A stretch of DNA of 64,000 nt, taken from a virus. Below the pieces are notes generated by a model that did not search any database, had not been told where the DNA came from, and saw nothing but the letters and a program-made list of their open reading frames with translations. Both the position numbers and the translations under genes were made by a program. The stretch lies in IMG/VR virus record IMGVR_UViG_3300035698_035359, positions 1 through 64,000 of that record; one strand, given 5' to 3'. This document shows, one piece after another, positions 39,655 through 49,210 of this stretch. Numbering within the stretch: the stretch's first letter is position 1; every line of letters begins with the position of its first letter.

Positions 39655-39729
39655 GGTAGATTAGTGTAATGAAAAGCACGTGGCTCTGTCGAAGCCAAAG
39701 CGAGAGATTGATACTCTCATTTACCGCCA
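39655..39729 (+). tRNA. tRNA-Asp(GTC)
   Basis: GGTAGAT/ATTTACC, TGGCT-CTGTCGA-AGCCA, atypical T-loop ATTGATA, GCCA. Confidence 0.82.
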
Positions 39730-39803
39730 GAGGATTTGGTGTAATGGAAACATTTGTAGCTCCAAACTACAAGACATGGGTTCGATTCCTATAATCTTTG
39801 CCA
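39730..39803 (+). tRNA. tRNA-Trp(CCA)
   Basis: GAGGATT/AATCTTT, TGTAG-CTCCAAA-CTACA, GCCA. Confidence 0.9.
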
Positions 39804-39819
39804 ATAAAAAGGAGAAACA

Positions 39820-40014
39820 ATGTTTAATAATAAAAAAAGATGGGACAATGAACAACCAGAAATTGAGTTTCCGTCACTTGATATACTTAAAGATTGTTTA
39901 TGTTTTATGTTTTGTATTCAAGTAAAGAAAAATAAACAGTTTCTTTCGTGTTATAAGCAAGCTTTAGAATCACAGTTAAAAATGGTGGGTCAAGAGTTAA
40001 AGACTTTAGATTAA
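39820..40014 (+). CDS. Hypothetical protein
   Basis: AAGGAG RBS, 64 aa. Confidence 0.55.
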   Translation: MFNNKKRWDNEQPEIEFPSLDILKDCLCFMFCIQVKKNKQFLSCYKQALESQLKMVGQELKTLD

Positions 40015-40177
40015 TATTAATTTAAGGGGAGCTTATGTCCAGAGATGGTAAAGGAAGTTTTTACAAGAAATTAAAAGTTGATAAGGAGACACGAAATATT
40101 ATTCGTGAATTTAGGTCATGGAAGAAGAAAATTATTAATAAGAAATAATTTTAAAAAATAAGTATAAAGTTTTATAT

Positions 40178-40214
40178 AACCCGTTATAGATTATGTTTCT
40201 ATAGCGGGTTTTTT
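40178..40214 (+). terminator. Rho-independent terminator
   Basis: AACCCGTTATAGA...TCTATAGCGGGTT followed by a T-run. Confidence 0.75.
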
Positions 40215-40233
40215 ATTTATATAAGGAGAATAT

Positions 40234-41829
40234 GTGTTAGAGAAATTATCAAATGAAGAATTAGATTTTATGGATAGTTGGTTTTATCCGATATGTCAAG
40301 CAGAGACTTTGTTTTCGGATTTTGACAATCTCGCAATGATGGAAGATGGTATATTAGGTAATATAAGGCTTGGTCAATTCCCCTTACTTTCTTATGAATA
40401 TTTATTAGATGATGAAAATCCTAGTCTTTCTAAAAAAGAGAATTTTCAATTAAGAAAAAGATTAGGAGATATTTACTGTTTTGGTGGAAGATTGTTTGGA
40501 AAAACTTTAATATTAGAAAAAATAGATATGATGATTTCGATGATATTGCAAGGAGCAGAAAAGGTTGGATTTACTTCCGCTGATGCTTCGCACATTGAAG
40601 GTGTTTTAGAAGATGTTTTATATGGGGTAGAAAATCACCCATTTATGAAATTATATGAACCTAGTACCAAAAGAAACCCTTACACTGTAAAGTTAAAAAC
40701 TGGTTATCATATGTTAGGCGTTAATATGAACGTATATGGAAAGAATCCTGGAAAGAATTTTTTTCAGAAGCATTTTACTAGGCTTTATATAGAAGAAGCT
40801 AGTATGGAAACAGATGAAGTTTATAAGAAAAGACGTGATAGTGTTTCGGAATTAGGATGTGTATTCCGTGTTGCTGGAATGACAGATTTCATAAAACATA
40901 GCCCCTGTGGTAGTGTAATGGATGATATAACAAAGATACCTTGGCTTTGTAATCTTCCACAATATGTAAACCCAAATTGGAATGAGAAATCTAAAGTAGA
41001 TGCTATTAGAGATTTTGGCGGGGAACAAACAATTGAATTTAGAATATTTATCAAAGGAGAAATAGTTGAAGATGCTATAACTGTTTTTGATATGGGAAGA
41101 ATTCGCCCCCAGTATAATCAAAATAGAAGAGTTAAATTTTTTGAAGTAAACAAAGATACTTTTGATTTATTTGAGCAAATAATAATAGTAGAGAGACCCT
41201 CTAACGCAGCAACAGTATTTATATCTGCGGATATTGGGGAATCTGCTCCAACGGAAATAGGAATATTTTTTGAAATAAATAAAAAATATAGATACGTTTA
41301 TAATATTACTTTATATAATTTAACAGATAAAGAACAATTTAAAATTTTTAAATTTTTAGGTGAAATATTAGGTAGTAATTATATTGGGCTTGATTGCTCA
41401 GATGGTACTGGAAGAGCAATTTTCCGTTCTTTAGAAGAAGTATTTCCGAAAGAAAATTTAAACTGGTGTTCATTTAATGAAAAAGTAGCAGTAGACTATG
41501 TTAAAGATAAAGATGAGGAAGGTAAAGAAGTACTTGTGCTAAAAAATGGTAAGCCAGTTGAAAAAATGGAATATGTTGTTGCTTGGTCAGTTAAGAGATT
41601 ACAACATTTATTATATGGGGAACTTTTTGATTTACCCATAGATAACAAGTTTGATACTCAATTTAATAAAGTAAAATGTTTTAAAACTGGTAACAGAGTT
41701 GTATATAAATGTCTCGGAGAAGACCATCTATTCCAAATGTTCCAAGTTTTTGCAATTATGCAATGGGATAGAGAATGGTGCAATAATAAACCTATAAAAA
41801 AATTAACTTTTTGTAAGTCAGGGAAATAA
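40234..41829 (+). CDS. Terminase large subunit
   Basis: GGRLFGKT Walker A, LYIEEAS Walker B, ISADIG nuclease motif; precedes portal. Confidence 0.85.
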   Translation: MLEKLSNEELDFMDSWFYPICQAETLFSDFDNLAMMEDGILGNIRLGQFPLLSYEYLLDDENPSLSKKENFQLRKRLGDIYCFGGRLFGKTLILEKIDMMISMILQGAEKVGFTSADASHIEGVLEDVLYGVENHPFMKLYEPSTKRNPYTVKLKTGYHMLGVNMNVYGKNPGKNFFQKHFTRLYIEEASMETDEVYKKRRDSVSELGCVFRVAGMTDFIKHSPCGSVMDDITKIPWLCNLPQYVNPNWNEKSKVDAIRDFGGEQTIEFRIFIKGEIVEDAITVFDMGRIRPQYNQNRRVKFFEVNKDTFDLFEQIIIVERPSNAATVFISADIGESAPTEIGIFFEINKKYRYVYNITLYNLTDKEQFKIFKFLGEILGSNYIGLDCSDGTGRAIFRSLEEVFPKENLNWCSFNEKVAVDYVKDKDEEGKEVLVLKNGKPVEKMEYVVAWSVKRLQHLLYGELFDLPIDNKFDTQFNKVKCFKTGNRVVYKCLGEDHLFQMFQVFAIMQWDREWCNNKPIKKLTFCKSGK

Positions 41830-41840
41830 AGGAGAAGAAT

Positions 41841-43754
41841 ATGGCAATTAAGAAAGCCTCGCCAGCACTTCGGTGGTTAGTAGATATGATGGATTTTATG
41901 AGTAGAGATTCTATAAAAGTACCATCAGATTATAGACCTCAAGTGTTAGAAGTTAAAGCATTATTAAAGCAAGACCCATCTGGGTTGGCTAGTACATTAC
42001 TTGACTTAGCTATTTCTTCTGCAGCAGATGTGGATTATAGAATTGAAACTAGCAACGATTCATTAGATGATTTATTGAATTCGTGGTTAGGTGATATAAA
42101 TTTTGCTCTAAGAGGCAAAATTCCAACAGGAATAGAAAATTTATCCAAAGAATATTATAGAGAAAGATGGAAGGGTTCTTCCTTTTTACTATTGAGAACT
42201 TTTTGGGAAGATGTAGGTGGATATAATTTACCTACAAAGCTATATTTTCTTGATGGAGAAGATATTGTGGTATCTGATAATAAGGAATCTGTTATATTAG
42301 GTGATGAAAAATATAAATTAAGAATTAGTAAAAATAAAAGTATTGCGCTTCCTTCTAGAAAGAATGAAGTAATTTTTATTCAAAAACCCTATGATTCTTG
42401 GGGAACGTCTTATTCTACTCCTTTTCTTATTCAGCGTGGAATATTTGAAAATGTTAAATTTTTAGAATTATTAGGTAAAAAGGGACAAGATGTTGTTGGT
42501 AAAGCTCTTGAATATTTATTAACTATGAAAAAAGGAACAGAAGGATTGTTTTTAGAAGGGCATATTGGTTATAGTGCCGATGAGTTAGCAATAGCTAAAG
42601 AAGATTTCCAAAAAATTATATCGGATAGAAAAACTCAAGCGGGTACACCTAGTTATGTGTCTAATTTTGATACAGAAATAGAACATTTGATACCTGAATA
42701 TAAGAAAATTTTAGATGGAGTTTTATATGCTCCTATTGAAAAAAGAATTTTGGCTGGAATAGGTCTTGTAGATATTGTGCAAGGTGCTGCTTCAACTAGA
42801 AGAGAATCTACTTTAAACCCTAAACCTTTTATAGGTGAAATCAATAGTGGGGTTAGTGATTTTAAATCTTTACTTAAAGACATAATGTTAACTATGGTTG
42901 AACGAAATAAAAATAAACATCCGAAATATTTTAAAAATACTCAAATAGAAAAAATTAGAACTACTTCTTTAAAAATCTTTCTTAGCGATGATGATAAAGT
43001 TATGTTTAGAAGTATGTATGATAGAGGTGCTATATCTAAACAAACTTTTGTAGAAATGACAGGAGACGTTGATTATACATTAGAAGTTGAAAGAAGAAAA
43101 GCTGAAAAGACACGTGGAGAAGAAAAAACTATGTTCCCACCTGTTACACAGAACTTAGAGCAGAATAGTAATGTTAAAGATTTTCCAGATACGAAAACAA
43201 AAGATGTAAATGACAATGAGGTTCCAGATGATAGAACTGGACCTGAAACTAAAAACTTTTCTGGTGTTTTAGAAGAAACTAAATGTCCACATTGTTCTGA
43301 AATATTTGATTATGAATCACAGAAAGAAATTACAGTAGGCTCAGTTGCATGCCCTAAATGTCAGAAAGAAGTAACAAAAGCTTCTATATTGGAATTAGCT
43401 AAAAAGAAATATGAGGAAGCACCTTATACCTTAAAGAAATATCCTGCGCAACTAAAAAACATACCTGCAAAGGCTAGAGAAATTTGGATTAAAACTTTTA
43501 ATGAAGTTCTAAAGCAAACTAATAGCGAAACTACTGCAAGACAGTCTGCTTGGAGAAATGTTAAATTAAAATATAAGAAGGTTGAGGATAAATGGACAAG
43601 AAAGACTAAGAGCGAAGTTGAGAAATCAGTTAAAGAATTGGATATTGAAAAATTGGTAGACTTAGCAAAATTAGAAATTCTTGGCAAACAAAACAAGTTA
43701 CTAGACCAAATTATAAAAGAAAATGAAGTTTCAGACTCAAGTGAGGTAGAATAA
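41841..43754 (+). CDS. Portal protein with C-terminal Zn ribbon and ChaB-like domain
   Basis: Position after TerL, size; CPHC..CPKC; IPAKAREIWIKTFNEV....ETTARQSAWRNVKLKYKK...KW. Confidence 0.7.
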   Translation: MAIKKASPALRWLVDMMDFMSRDSIKVPSDYRPQVLEVKALLKQDPSGLASTLLDLAISSAADVDYRIETSNDSLDDLLNSWLGDINFALRGKIPTGIENLSKEYYRERWKGSSFLLLRTFWEDVGGYNLPTKLYFLDGEDIVVSDNKESVILGDEKYKLRISKNKSIALPSRKNEVIFIQKPYDSWGTSYSTPFLIQRGIFENVKFLELLGKKGQDVVGKALEYLLTMKKGTEGLFLEGHIGYSADELAIAKEDFQKIISDRKTQAGTPSYVSNFDTEIEHLIPEYKKILDGVLYAPIEKRILAGIGLVDIVQGAASTRRESTLNPKPFIGEINSGVSDFKSLLKDIMLTMVERNKNKHPKYFKNTQIEKIRTTSLKIFLSDDDKVMFRSMYDRGAISKQTFVEMTGDVDYTLEVERRKAEKTRGEEKTMFPPVTQNLEQNSNVKDFPDTKTKDVNDNEVPDDRTGPETKNFSGVLEETKCPHCSEIFDYESQKEITVGSVACPKCQKEVTKASILELAKKKYEEAPYTLKKYPAQLKNIPAKAREIWIKTFNEVLKQTNSETTARQSAWRNVKLKYKKVEDKWTRKTKSEVEKSVKELDIEKLVDLAKLEILGKQNKLLDQIIKENEVSDSSEVE

Positions 43755-44047
43755 TGAAAATTCAGACTAAAGACGGTAAAAATTTAGGAGATACAATTCC
43801 TCTAGGAATAGTAGAAGCTGGTAAATCAAAAGAGTTTGAATTTATTATTTTTAATAATGAGTCTCTTGCTCAGGTTAGCGATATTAAAATAGAAATTGCT
43901 CATAAAGAAGTTGAAATATTGGATTATCCTAAAGAGCTAAAACCAAATAATAGTGGAATTTTGCGAATCCTATGGAGTCCAAATCTAACTGTAAAACAAG
44001 GATTAAAAACAACTATTAAATTAACTGCTAAAGAATTATATATGTAG
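43754..44047 (+). CDS. Ig-like structural hypothetical protein
   Basis: Beta-rich; LGIVEAG...F.IFN...ELKPN pattern. Confidence 0.5.
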   Translation: MKIQTKDGKNLGDTIPLGIVEAGKSKEFEFIIFNNESLAQVSDIKIEIAHKEVEILDYPKELKPNNSGILRILWSPNLTVKQGLKTTIKLTAKELYM

Positions 44048-44059
44048 GGGATAAAAAAT

Positions 44060-46540
44060 ATGGCAGATAGTAGAGACTTTCAATTTCATCCTGACTTAAC
44101 TGGAGCACAACTTCATATTCCTAAAGTACATATTACTACTCACTATCCTGGAGGCAGTGACCCAATGGATTACAGTGCTATGACTTTTTCAGCTTCTGGG
44201 ATGTCAGCTATAACTTTGCAAGGTGCAATAGAAGAAGCTTTTAATAGTGGTAGTTCTGGTGCAACTTGGGGAAGTATTATTGGTACTTTGGCAAGTCAAA
44301 CTGATTTGCAAGTAGCTTTAGATGCTAAAGAAGATGATATAACAGCAGGAACCACTGCTCAATATTGGAGAGGCGATAAAAGCTGGCAAACATTAAATAC
44401 TTCGATAGTTCCAGAAAGTACTAACCTTTATTACACGCAAGCTAGATTTGATACTGCATTTGGTTTAAAATCTACTGCGGATTTAGCTGAACTAACAAAT
44501 CTTTACTATACTGATGCAAGAGCTAGGGTTGCAATATCTGAAACTGTTGTAGGTTTAGATTATAATAGTTCTACTGGAATTTTATCTTTAACCACTGGCT
44601 ATGTAATCCCAACAACTACAGAAGAAGCAAATTGGAATGACGCATATGGTAAAAGAGTAGATACTTGGGGGAATGGATTAGCTTACTCATCTCAAGTTGC
44701 TAGTGTAGATTATAATACTACAAATTTAAAAATAACTTCGGAGCAGTTAAATACTATACAAGATATAGCAACTTCTTCAAGTCCAACATTTAGTTCTTTG
44801 ACAATAAGCACTGCACCAACAGAAGATGGTCATGCAACCCGCAAAGATTGGGTTCTTGCTCAGATAGCTACTGAAAATCTTTGGGATAGAGAATCAGGTG
44901 CAGTTTTAGTTCCACATACTGCAAATGATAATATTAACATTGGTTCAGGTGGATTTACCACCACAGGTCTTGTAGATTTAGGTTCTCTTGTAGTAGATAC
45001 TACTACTCTGGTAGTTAATGCCACGGGGTATGCTGATAAAGTTGGAATAGGTACAGCTACACCAAGCGCAGAATTAGATGTAATAGGTAATACCGAAATA
45101 AGTGGCTATGTACGAATAGGCACTGATACAACATATGAAACTTTCTATCAAGAAGAAGGCGATTTGTATTCAGGCAGTGGTAAAGCTTATTTTGGGTCAG
45201 GTTTAAATACAGTAGCAGAACGATATGGTGTAGGACTTCAAATAAGAGAGCAGACTTTAACTAAAACTCTTGTTTATGACATAGACGCTACATTCACAGC
45301 AGCTACAGGAACAGTATATAAATCAGGGCAAACCTTTGTTTCTAATGGAGTGGTAATAGGTGATTTCCTTGTAGTTACTAATGCAAACGATACTTCATAC
45401 ATAGGTTCAACAGGTGAAATAATATCAGTTACACAAGAAACTATTGTAGTTAATATAGCTGCTGCTGGAACAGATGTGCCAAGTGATTTAACAGACTTTG
45501 ACTTTGTAGTATTAAATCACCCTATATGCTCAATATTAGACAATGGAGATATTCACTTTAAGGTAGGTGTATCTTCTACCGCAGGATTTCATATATTAAG
45601 CCCTACTGGTGCTTCTGAATGTGCTTTATTTTTTGACCTAACTACAGGAGTAGCTGGACACAATGGTATATGTATTGACTTTGATGCAGTAACTTTTGGG
45701 GGAACATCAGCCATAGGTTTAAATTATGATGCTTCTTCATTTAGTGCATCCGATACAATAGGAACTGGAATAGATGTTGTAGTAAATAATACTGGCGCAA
45801 CAAACGGTGATATGCACGTTATAGATGTTGCTTTATCAGACCCTACCAATACCAGTCTTGAAGTAGAAGCGATAGCAACAGGTGAAGGAGTAGATGTAAT
45901 AGGACAATATTTAGGAGACCCTGCAGCACTTGACGCTGGTTTTTCTTATGACACAAGTATTTATAATGATAGAACAGTAGCTTTTAATTCAGCAGGTACA
46001 GATGTTCAGATATTTGTTTCACAGAATGATTACATATACTTAGCAGCAACCTCTAAGTGGGACCAAATAAATGTAGCATTAGCAATTCAAGCAAGTCATA
46101 ATATTATACCTACTTTTGAATATGTAGAAACTGATGGAGGTTGGGTAGTATTTACACCAGCTGATGATACTAATGGTTTCCAACAAAATGGAGCAATAAG
46201 ATTTGAATCTGATAATCTTACAACTTGGGGACAAAGAACAGTTTTTCAAGTTACAGGAAAAGTAGGAGCAATAAATTACTATTGGATAAGGATAAGAAGA
46301 ACAAGAAAAATCTTACCTACTCCACCAACGGAAGATACTATACAGCTTACTACTCTAGGTGCTAAGTTCTACTGGAATAAAACAGGAGATACTTTTCAGA
46401 ATACAATGGCTGTAACAGATGGGGTAACTGCTCCTTCTAATGTTACAGGACAAGCAATAATTTATGTAGATACTGCAGATGGAGATTTAAAGGTTAAATT
46501 CGCAGATGGTCATGTAGCAACAATAGCAAGTGATAGCTAG
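44060..46540 (+). CDS. Fibre-like virion protein
   Basis: WGSIIGTLASQTDLQ, QYWRGDKSWQTL, TNLYYT repeats, VGIGTATPSAELDV; T/S/G-rich. Confidence 0.7.
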   Translation: MADSRDFQFHPDLTGAQLHIPKVHITTHYPGGSDPMDYSAMTFSASGMSAITLQGAIEEAFNSGSSGATWGSIIGTLASQTDLQVALDAKEDDITAGTTAQYWRGDKSWQTLNTSIVPESTNLYYTQARFDTAFGLKSTADLAELTNLYYTDARARVAISETVVGLDYNSSTGILSLTTGYVIPTTTEEANWNDAYGKRVDTWGNGLAYSSQVASVDYNTTNLKITSEQLNTIQDIATSSSPTFSSLTISTAPTEDGHATRKDWVLAQIATENLWDRESGAVLVPHTANDNINIGSGGFTTTGLVDLGSLVVDTTTLVVNATGYADKVGIGTATPSAELDVIGNTEISGYVRIGTDTTYETFYQEEGDLYSGSGKAYFGSGLNTVAERYGVGLQIREQTLTKTLVYDIDATFTAATGTVYKSGQTFVSNGVVIGDFLVVTNANDTSYIGSTGEIISVTQETIVVNIAAAGTDVPSDLTDFDFVVLNHPICSILDNGDIHFKVGVSSTAGFHILSPTGASECALFFDLTTGVAGHNGICIDFDAVTFGGTSAIGLNYDASSFSASDTIGTGIDVVVNNTGATNGDMHVIDVALSDPTNTSLEVEAIATGEGVDVIGQYLGDPAALDAGFSYDTSIYNDRTVAFNSAGTDVQIFVSQNDYIYLAATSKWDQINVALAIQASHNIIPTFEYVETDGGWVVFTPADDTNGFQQNGAIRFESDNLTTWGQRTVFQVTGKVGAINYYWIRIRRTRKILPTPPTEDTIQLTTLGAKFYWNKTGDTFQNTMAVTDGVTAPSNVTGQAIIYVDTADGDLKVKFADGHVATIASDS

Positions 46541-46549
46541 GAGAATTGA

Positions 46550-47233
46550 ATGTCTTTCTATGAATTTGAATATGTATATACTACCACAAATCAAGAAATA
46601 AAAACTACTGATAATAAAATTGTTGTTTTAACAGCAACTCCATTAGGTGTAGCTGGTGGTGGAAGTATAACACGTTACCCCAAAACCAAGAAAGAAGTTG
46701 AACTGAAATTAGATTTAGAAGGAATAAAGGCTTTTCAGTTAATGCTAACTATTTCTTTAATTGGAACCAAACAGATTTTAGTTGAAAAATTATTAGAGAT
46801 TATAGGTCAAATATTAACTCAAGAAACTACAGAATTATCAATAGAAGGTATTTCTAGCACAATTATTGATATTGATAAAGAGATAGAAGGTGCAGTTTCT
46901 AAAGATATTATTAATTTAGATTTTTTATCTGGTATAGTTAAGAGTATCTTTAAACAAAATGTTGAGTTAGAAGGTATTAAATCAAAAGATGTAAGTGTTA
47001 TAAAATTTATGATAGGAGTTTCTAAAGTAGATTCTGGTTTAGTTAAAATTCTAGTTGGTGGGCAAAAAGTTGATGCAGAATTAATTACTTCAATTATAGG
47101 TTCTAAAGCCTTTTCAATTGGACTACATAAAATAGTTTCTGGGATTAAGAGTAGTAAAACAAACTTAAAACTGGGAATCCAAGGAAAAAGAGATATTCGA
47201 AAGATAATATTGTCTCTTTTTGATGTTGACTAA
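46550..47233 (+). CDS. Hypothetical structural protein with ~15-aa I.G repeats
   Basis: Periodic LEG/IIG/IEG/LSG motif. Confidence 0.55.
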   Translation: MSFYEFEYVYTTTNQEIKTTDNKIVVLTATPLGVAGGGSITRYPKTKKEVELKLDLEGIKAFQLMLTISLIGTKQILVEKLLEIIGQILTQETTELSIEGISSTIIDIDKEIEGAVSKDIINLDFLSGIVKSIFKQNVELEGIKSKDVSVIKFMIGVSKVDSGLVKILVGGQKVDAELITSIIGSKAFSIGLHKIVSGIKSSKTNLKLGIQGKRDIRKIILSLFDVD

Positions 47234-47254
47234 TTTATTAAGGAGAAATAAAAC

Positions 47255-49144
47255 ATGAAAAGTAAAATAGAGATTTTTTTGGAGGATATGTCACTTAATA
47301 CCACCTATGAATTTTTGGAATATGGAAAAGATAAATCTGAATTAGATAAGATAGCTAAAAAAAGAGGTATCAAGCTACCAGCTAAAGATTTAGCAGTTTT
47401 TAAAGGAACATATGCTTATACTGACCGAACAAATAAAAACGGTTGTATGTTAGTTAAATCAGAGGTTGAAAAATCTTTGGATACGTTAGTTGGTAAAGCA
47501 GTTGACTTTGACCATTTCCGAGAAAATGTAGTGGGGAATTTTTTAGAGGCAACATTAATTGATGATGAAATAATTTGTTATGGAACCTTTTATAAAGGTA
47601 ATTTTCCAAAAGATTATGAGCTAGTCCAAAAATTAATGAAAAATGGTAATCTAGGAATATCCTTTGAAGCTTGGGGAGATAAAGAATTTACCAATGATGC
47701 TATGACAGAATATAATTTGAATGGAATAGAATGGGCAGGAGGAGCTTTACTTATTAAAGAAGACCCTGCATTTGATGGTGCTGGAGTATTAGAGATGGCA
47801 TCAGAAGAAAAAACTGAAGTTTTAGAGCTTGCAAAAGTTATGATTAAGCCAGCTAATTTTGTATTAGGTACAAAACCTGAAGAAGCAGCTTATAAATGTT
47901 CTTGTGTTGATTGTGGTCATGTAGTTACTAGTAAAGAGCATTGTAATACTCTGAAATGTTCTAAATGTGGTGGGTCTATGAGACGAGCAGAAAGACCTGG
48001 TCCTGGGAAATCAGCCATAGAAGAAGCAAGATATTCAATGTATGATTATCAAGCAATAGAAAAGATTGTTAGTGAAGCTGAAAAGCCAAAAGGTGAAGAA
48101 AATAATTATACAGTAATTGAATCTATAAATTTTAAAACAGAAAAAGTTACTATAAGATATGAACCTAGTAATACTGTTGCTGAAATAGATTTAAGTATTA
48201 AACCAAAAGTTAAAGTTATTAAAAAAGGTAAAGGAACATCTAATGCTGGAGAAGATACAGTTTCCGCTGAAGAGAGAGTTTTAGCATTATTTGAAGATGC
48301 TACAAAAACTGATGCAGAGATAGAAATTTTACTTGCTACTGAATTAGAATATGTAGATAGTGAGATTGAGGAAAGTAAAAGAATAGATAAAGAGAAAAAA
48401 AGTAAATTGACAGATAATCAATTTGCTGTAATAAAATCTTACACAACTAAAGCTGGTTTAAAAAGAAAGATAAAAATATTCTCCCTTCACGACCCAGCAC
48501 ATGTTCGCAATGCGTTAGATAAATTAGATACATCTAAAGTTAAAGCTATTTTGCGTAAGTTGGGTATTTCAATAGATAATGCGAGGGGAAAAATCTTGAA
48601 ACAAGCGAGGAAATTAAATATGAAGGATTTACTTGAAAGATATGAAGGTTCTGATGAAGCTATTAGAGTTAAAATGTTTACTGAGATTGCAGAAGAAAAT
48701 GCTAGTTTGAAGTTACAAATAGAAGCTAAAGATACTGAAATTGCTACTGCTAAAGATGAAGCAACTAAAAAAGATACTGAAATTGCTACAAAAGTTACTG
48801 AATTAGCTGATATCACTAAAGAAAAAGATGAAGCTATTACTGAAATTGCTAAAAGAGATAAAGAGATTCAGGATGCTACGATTAAAGCTAGAAGAGAAGA
48901 ACTAGGTGAAGAAGTTGCTAAAGATATGAAAGATGAAGATATACTTGATGATAGTAAATATAAGATTGCTAAGTTAGAAAAAGAAAATGCTGCTTTAAAA
49001 GATAAAGTTGGAGAAGAAAAACCTGAAGATGCTAATACAGATTTAACTAAAGGTAGTAAAGATAAAAATGCTGCAACAAAAATTTGGGATGCGCAAAAAA
49101 GAGTTAGTGATGGTGCTTTTGGAAAAGAAAATAACGCCCAATAA
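47255..49144 (+). CDS. Prohead protease fused to Zn ribbon and coiled-coil scaffold
   Basis: NKNG...VDFDH...ISFEAW...DPAF (HK97/S78-like), CSCVDC..CSKC, C-terminal coiled coil; precedes capsid. Confidence 0.75.
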   Translation: MKSKIEIFLEDMSLNTTYEFLEYGKDKSELDKIAKKRGIKLPAKDLAVFKGTYAYTDRTNKNGCMLVKSEVEKSLDTLVGKAVDFDHFRENVVGNFLEATLIDDEIICYGTFYKGNFPKDYELVQKLMKNGNLGISFEAWGDKEFTNDAMTEYNLNGIEWAGGALLIKEDPAFDGAGVLEMASEEKTEVLELAKVMIKPANFVLGTKPEEAAYKCSCVDCGHVVTSKEHCNTLKCSKCGGSMRRAERPGPGKSAIEEARYSMYDYQAIEKIVSEAEKPKGEENNYTVIESINFKTEKVTIRYEPSNTVAEIDLSIKPKVKVIKKGKGTSNAGEDTVSAEERVLALFEDATKTDAEIEILLATELEYVDSEIEESKRIDKEKKSKLTDNQFAVIKSYTTKAGLKRKIKIFSLHDPAHVRNALDKLDTSKVKAILRKLGISIDNARGKILKQARKLNMKDLLERYEGSDEAIRVKMFTEIAEENASLKLQIEAKDTEIATAKDEATKKDTEIATKVTELADITKEKDEAITEIAKRDKEIQDATIKARREELGEEVAKDMKDEDILDDSKYKIAKLEKENAALKDKVGEEKPEDANTDLTKGSKDKNAATKIWDAQKRVSDGAFGKENNAQ

Positions 49145-49210
49145 AAATTAAGACTAATAAAAAAAGAAATAGATAATATAGAAATATTCTTAAAGGAGGA
49201 TACAATAGAT

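Noticed and set aside
39096-39925. Track ORFs 39096-39290(-) and 39680-39925(+)
   Set aside because: They overlap clear tRNA genes and are spurious.
48720-48860. Repeated GATACTGAAATTGCTAC units as a DNA repeat element
   Set aside because: Explained by the coiled-coil repeat (KDTEIAT) in the scaffold protein.
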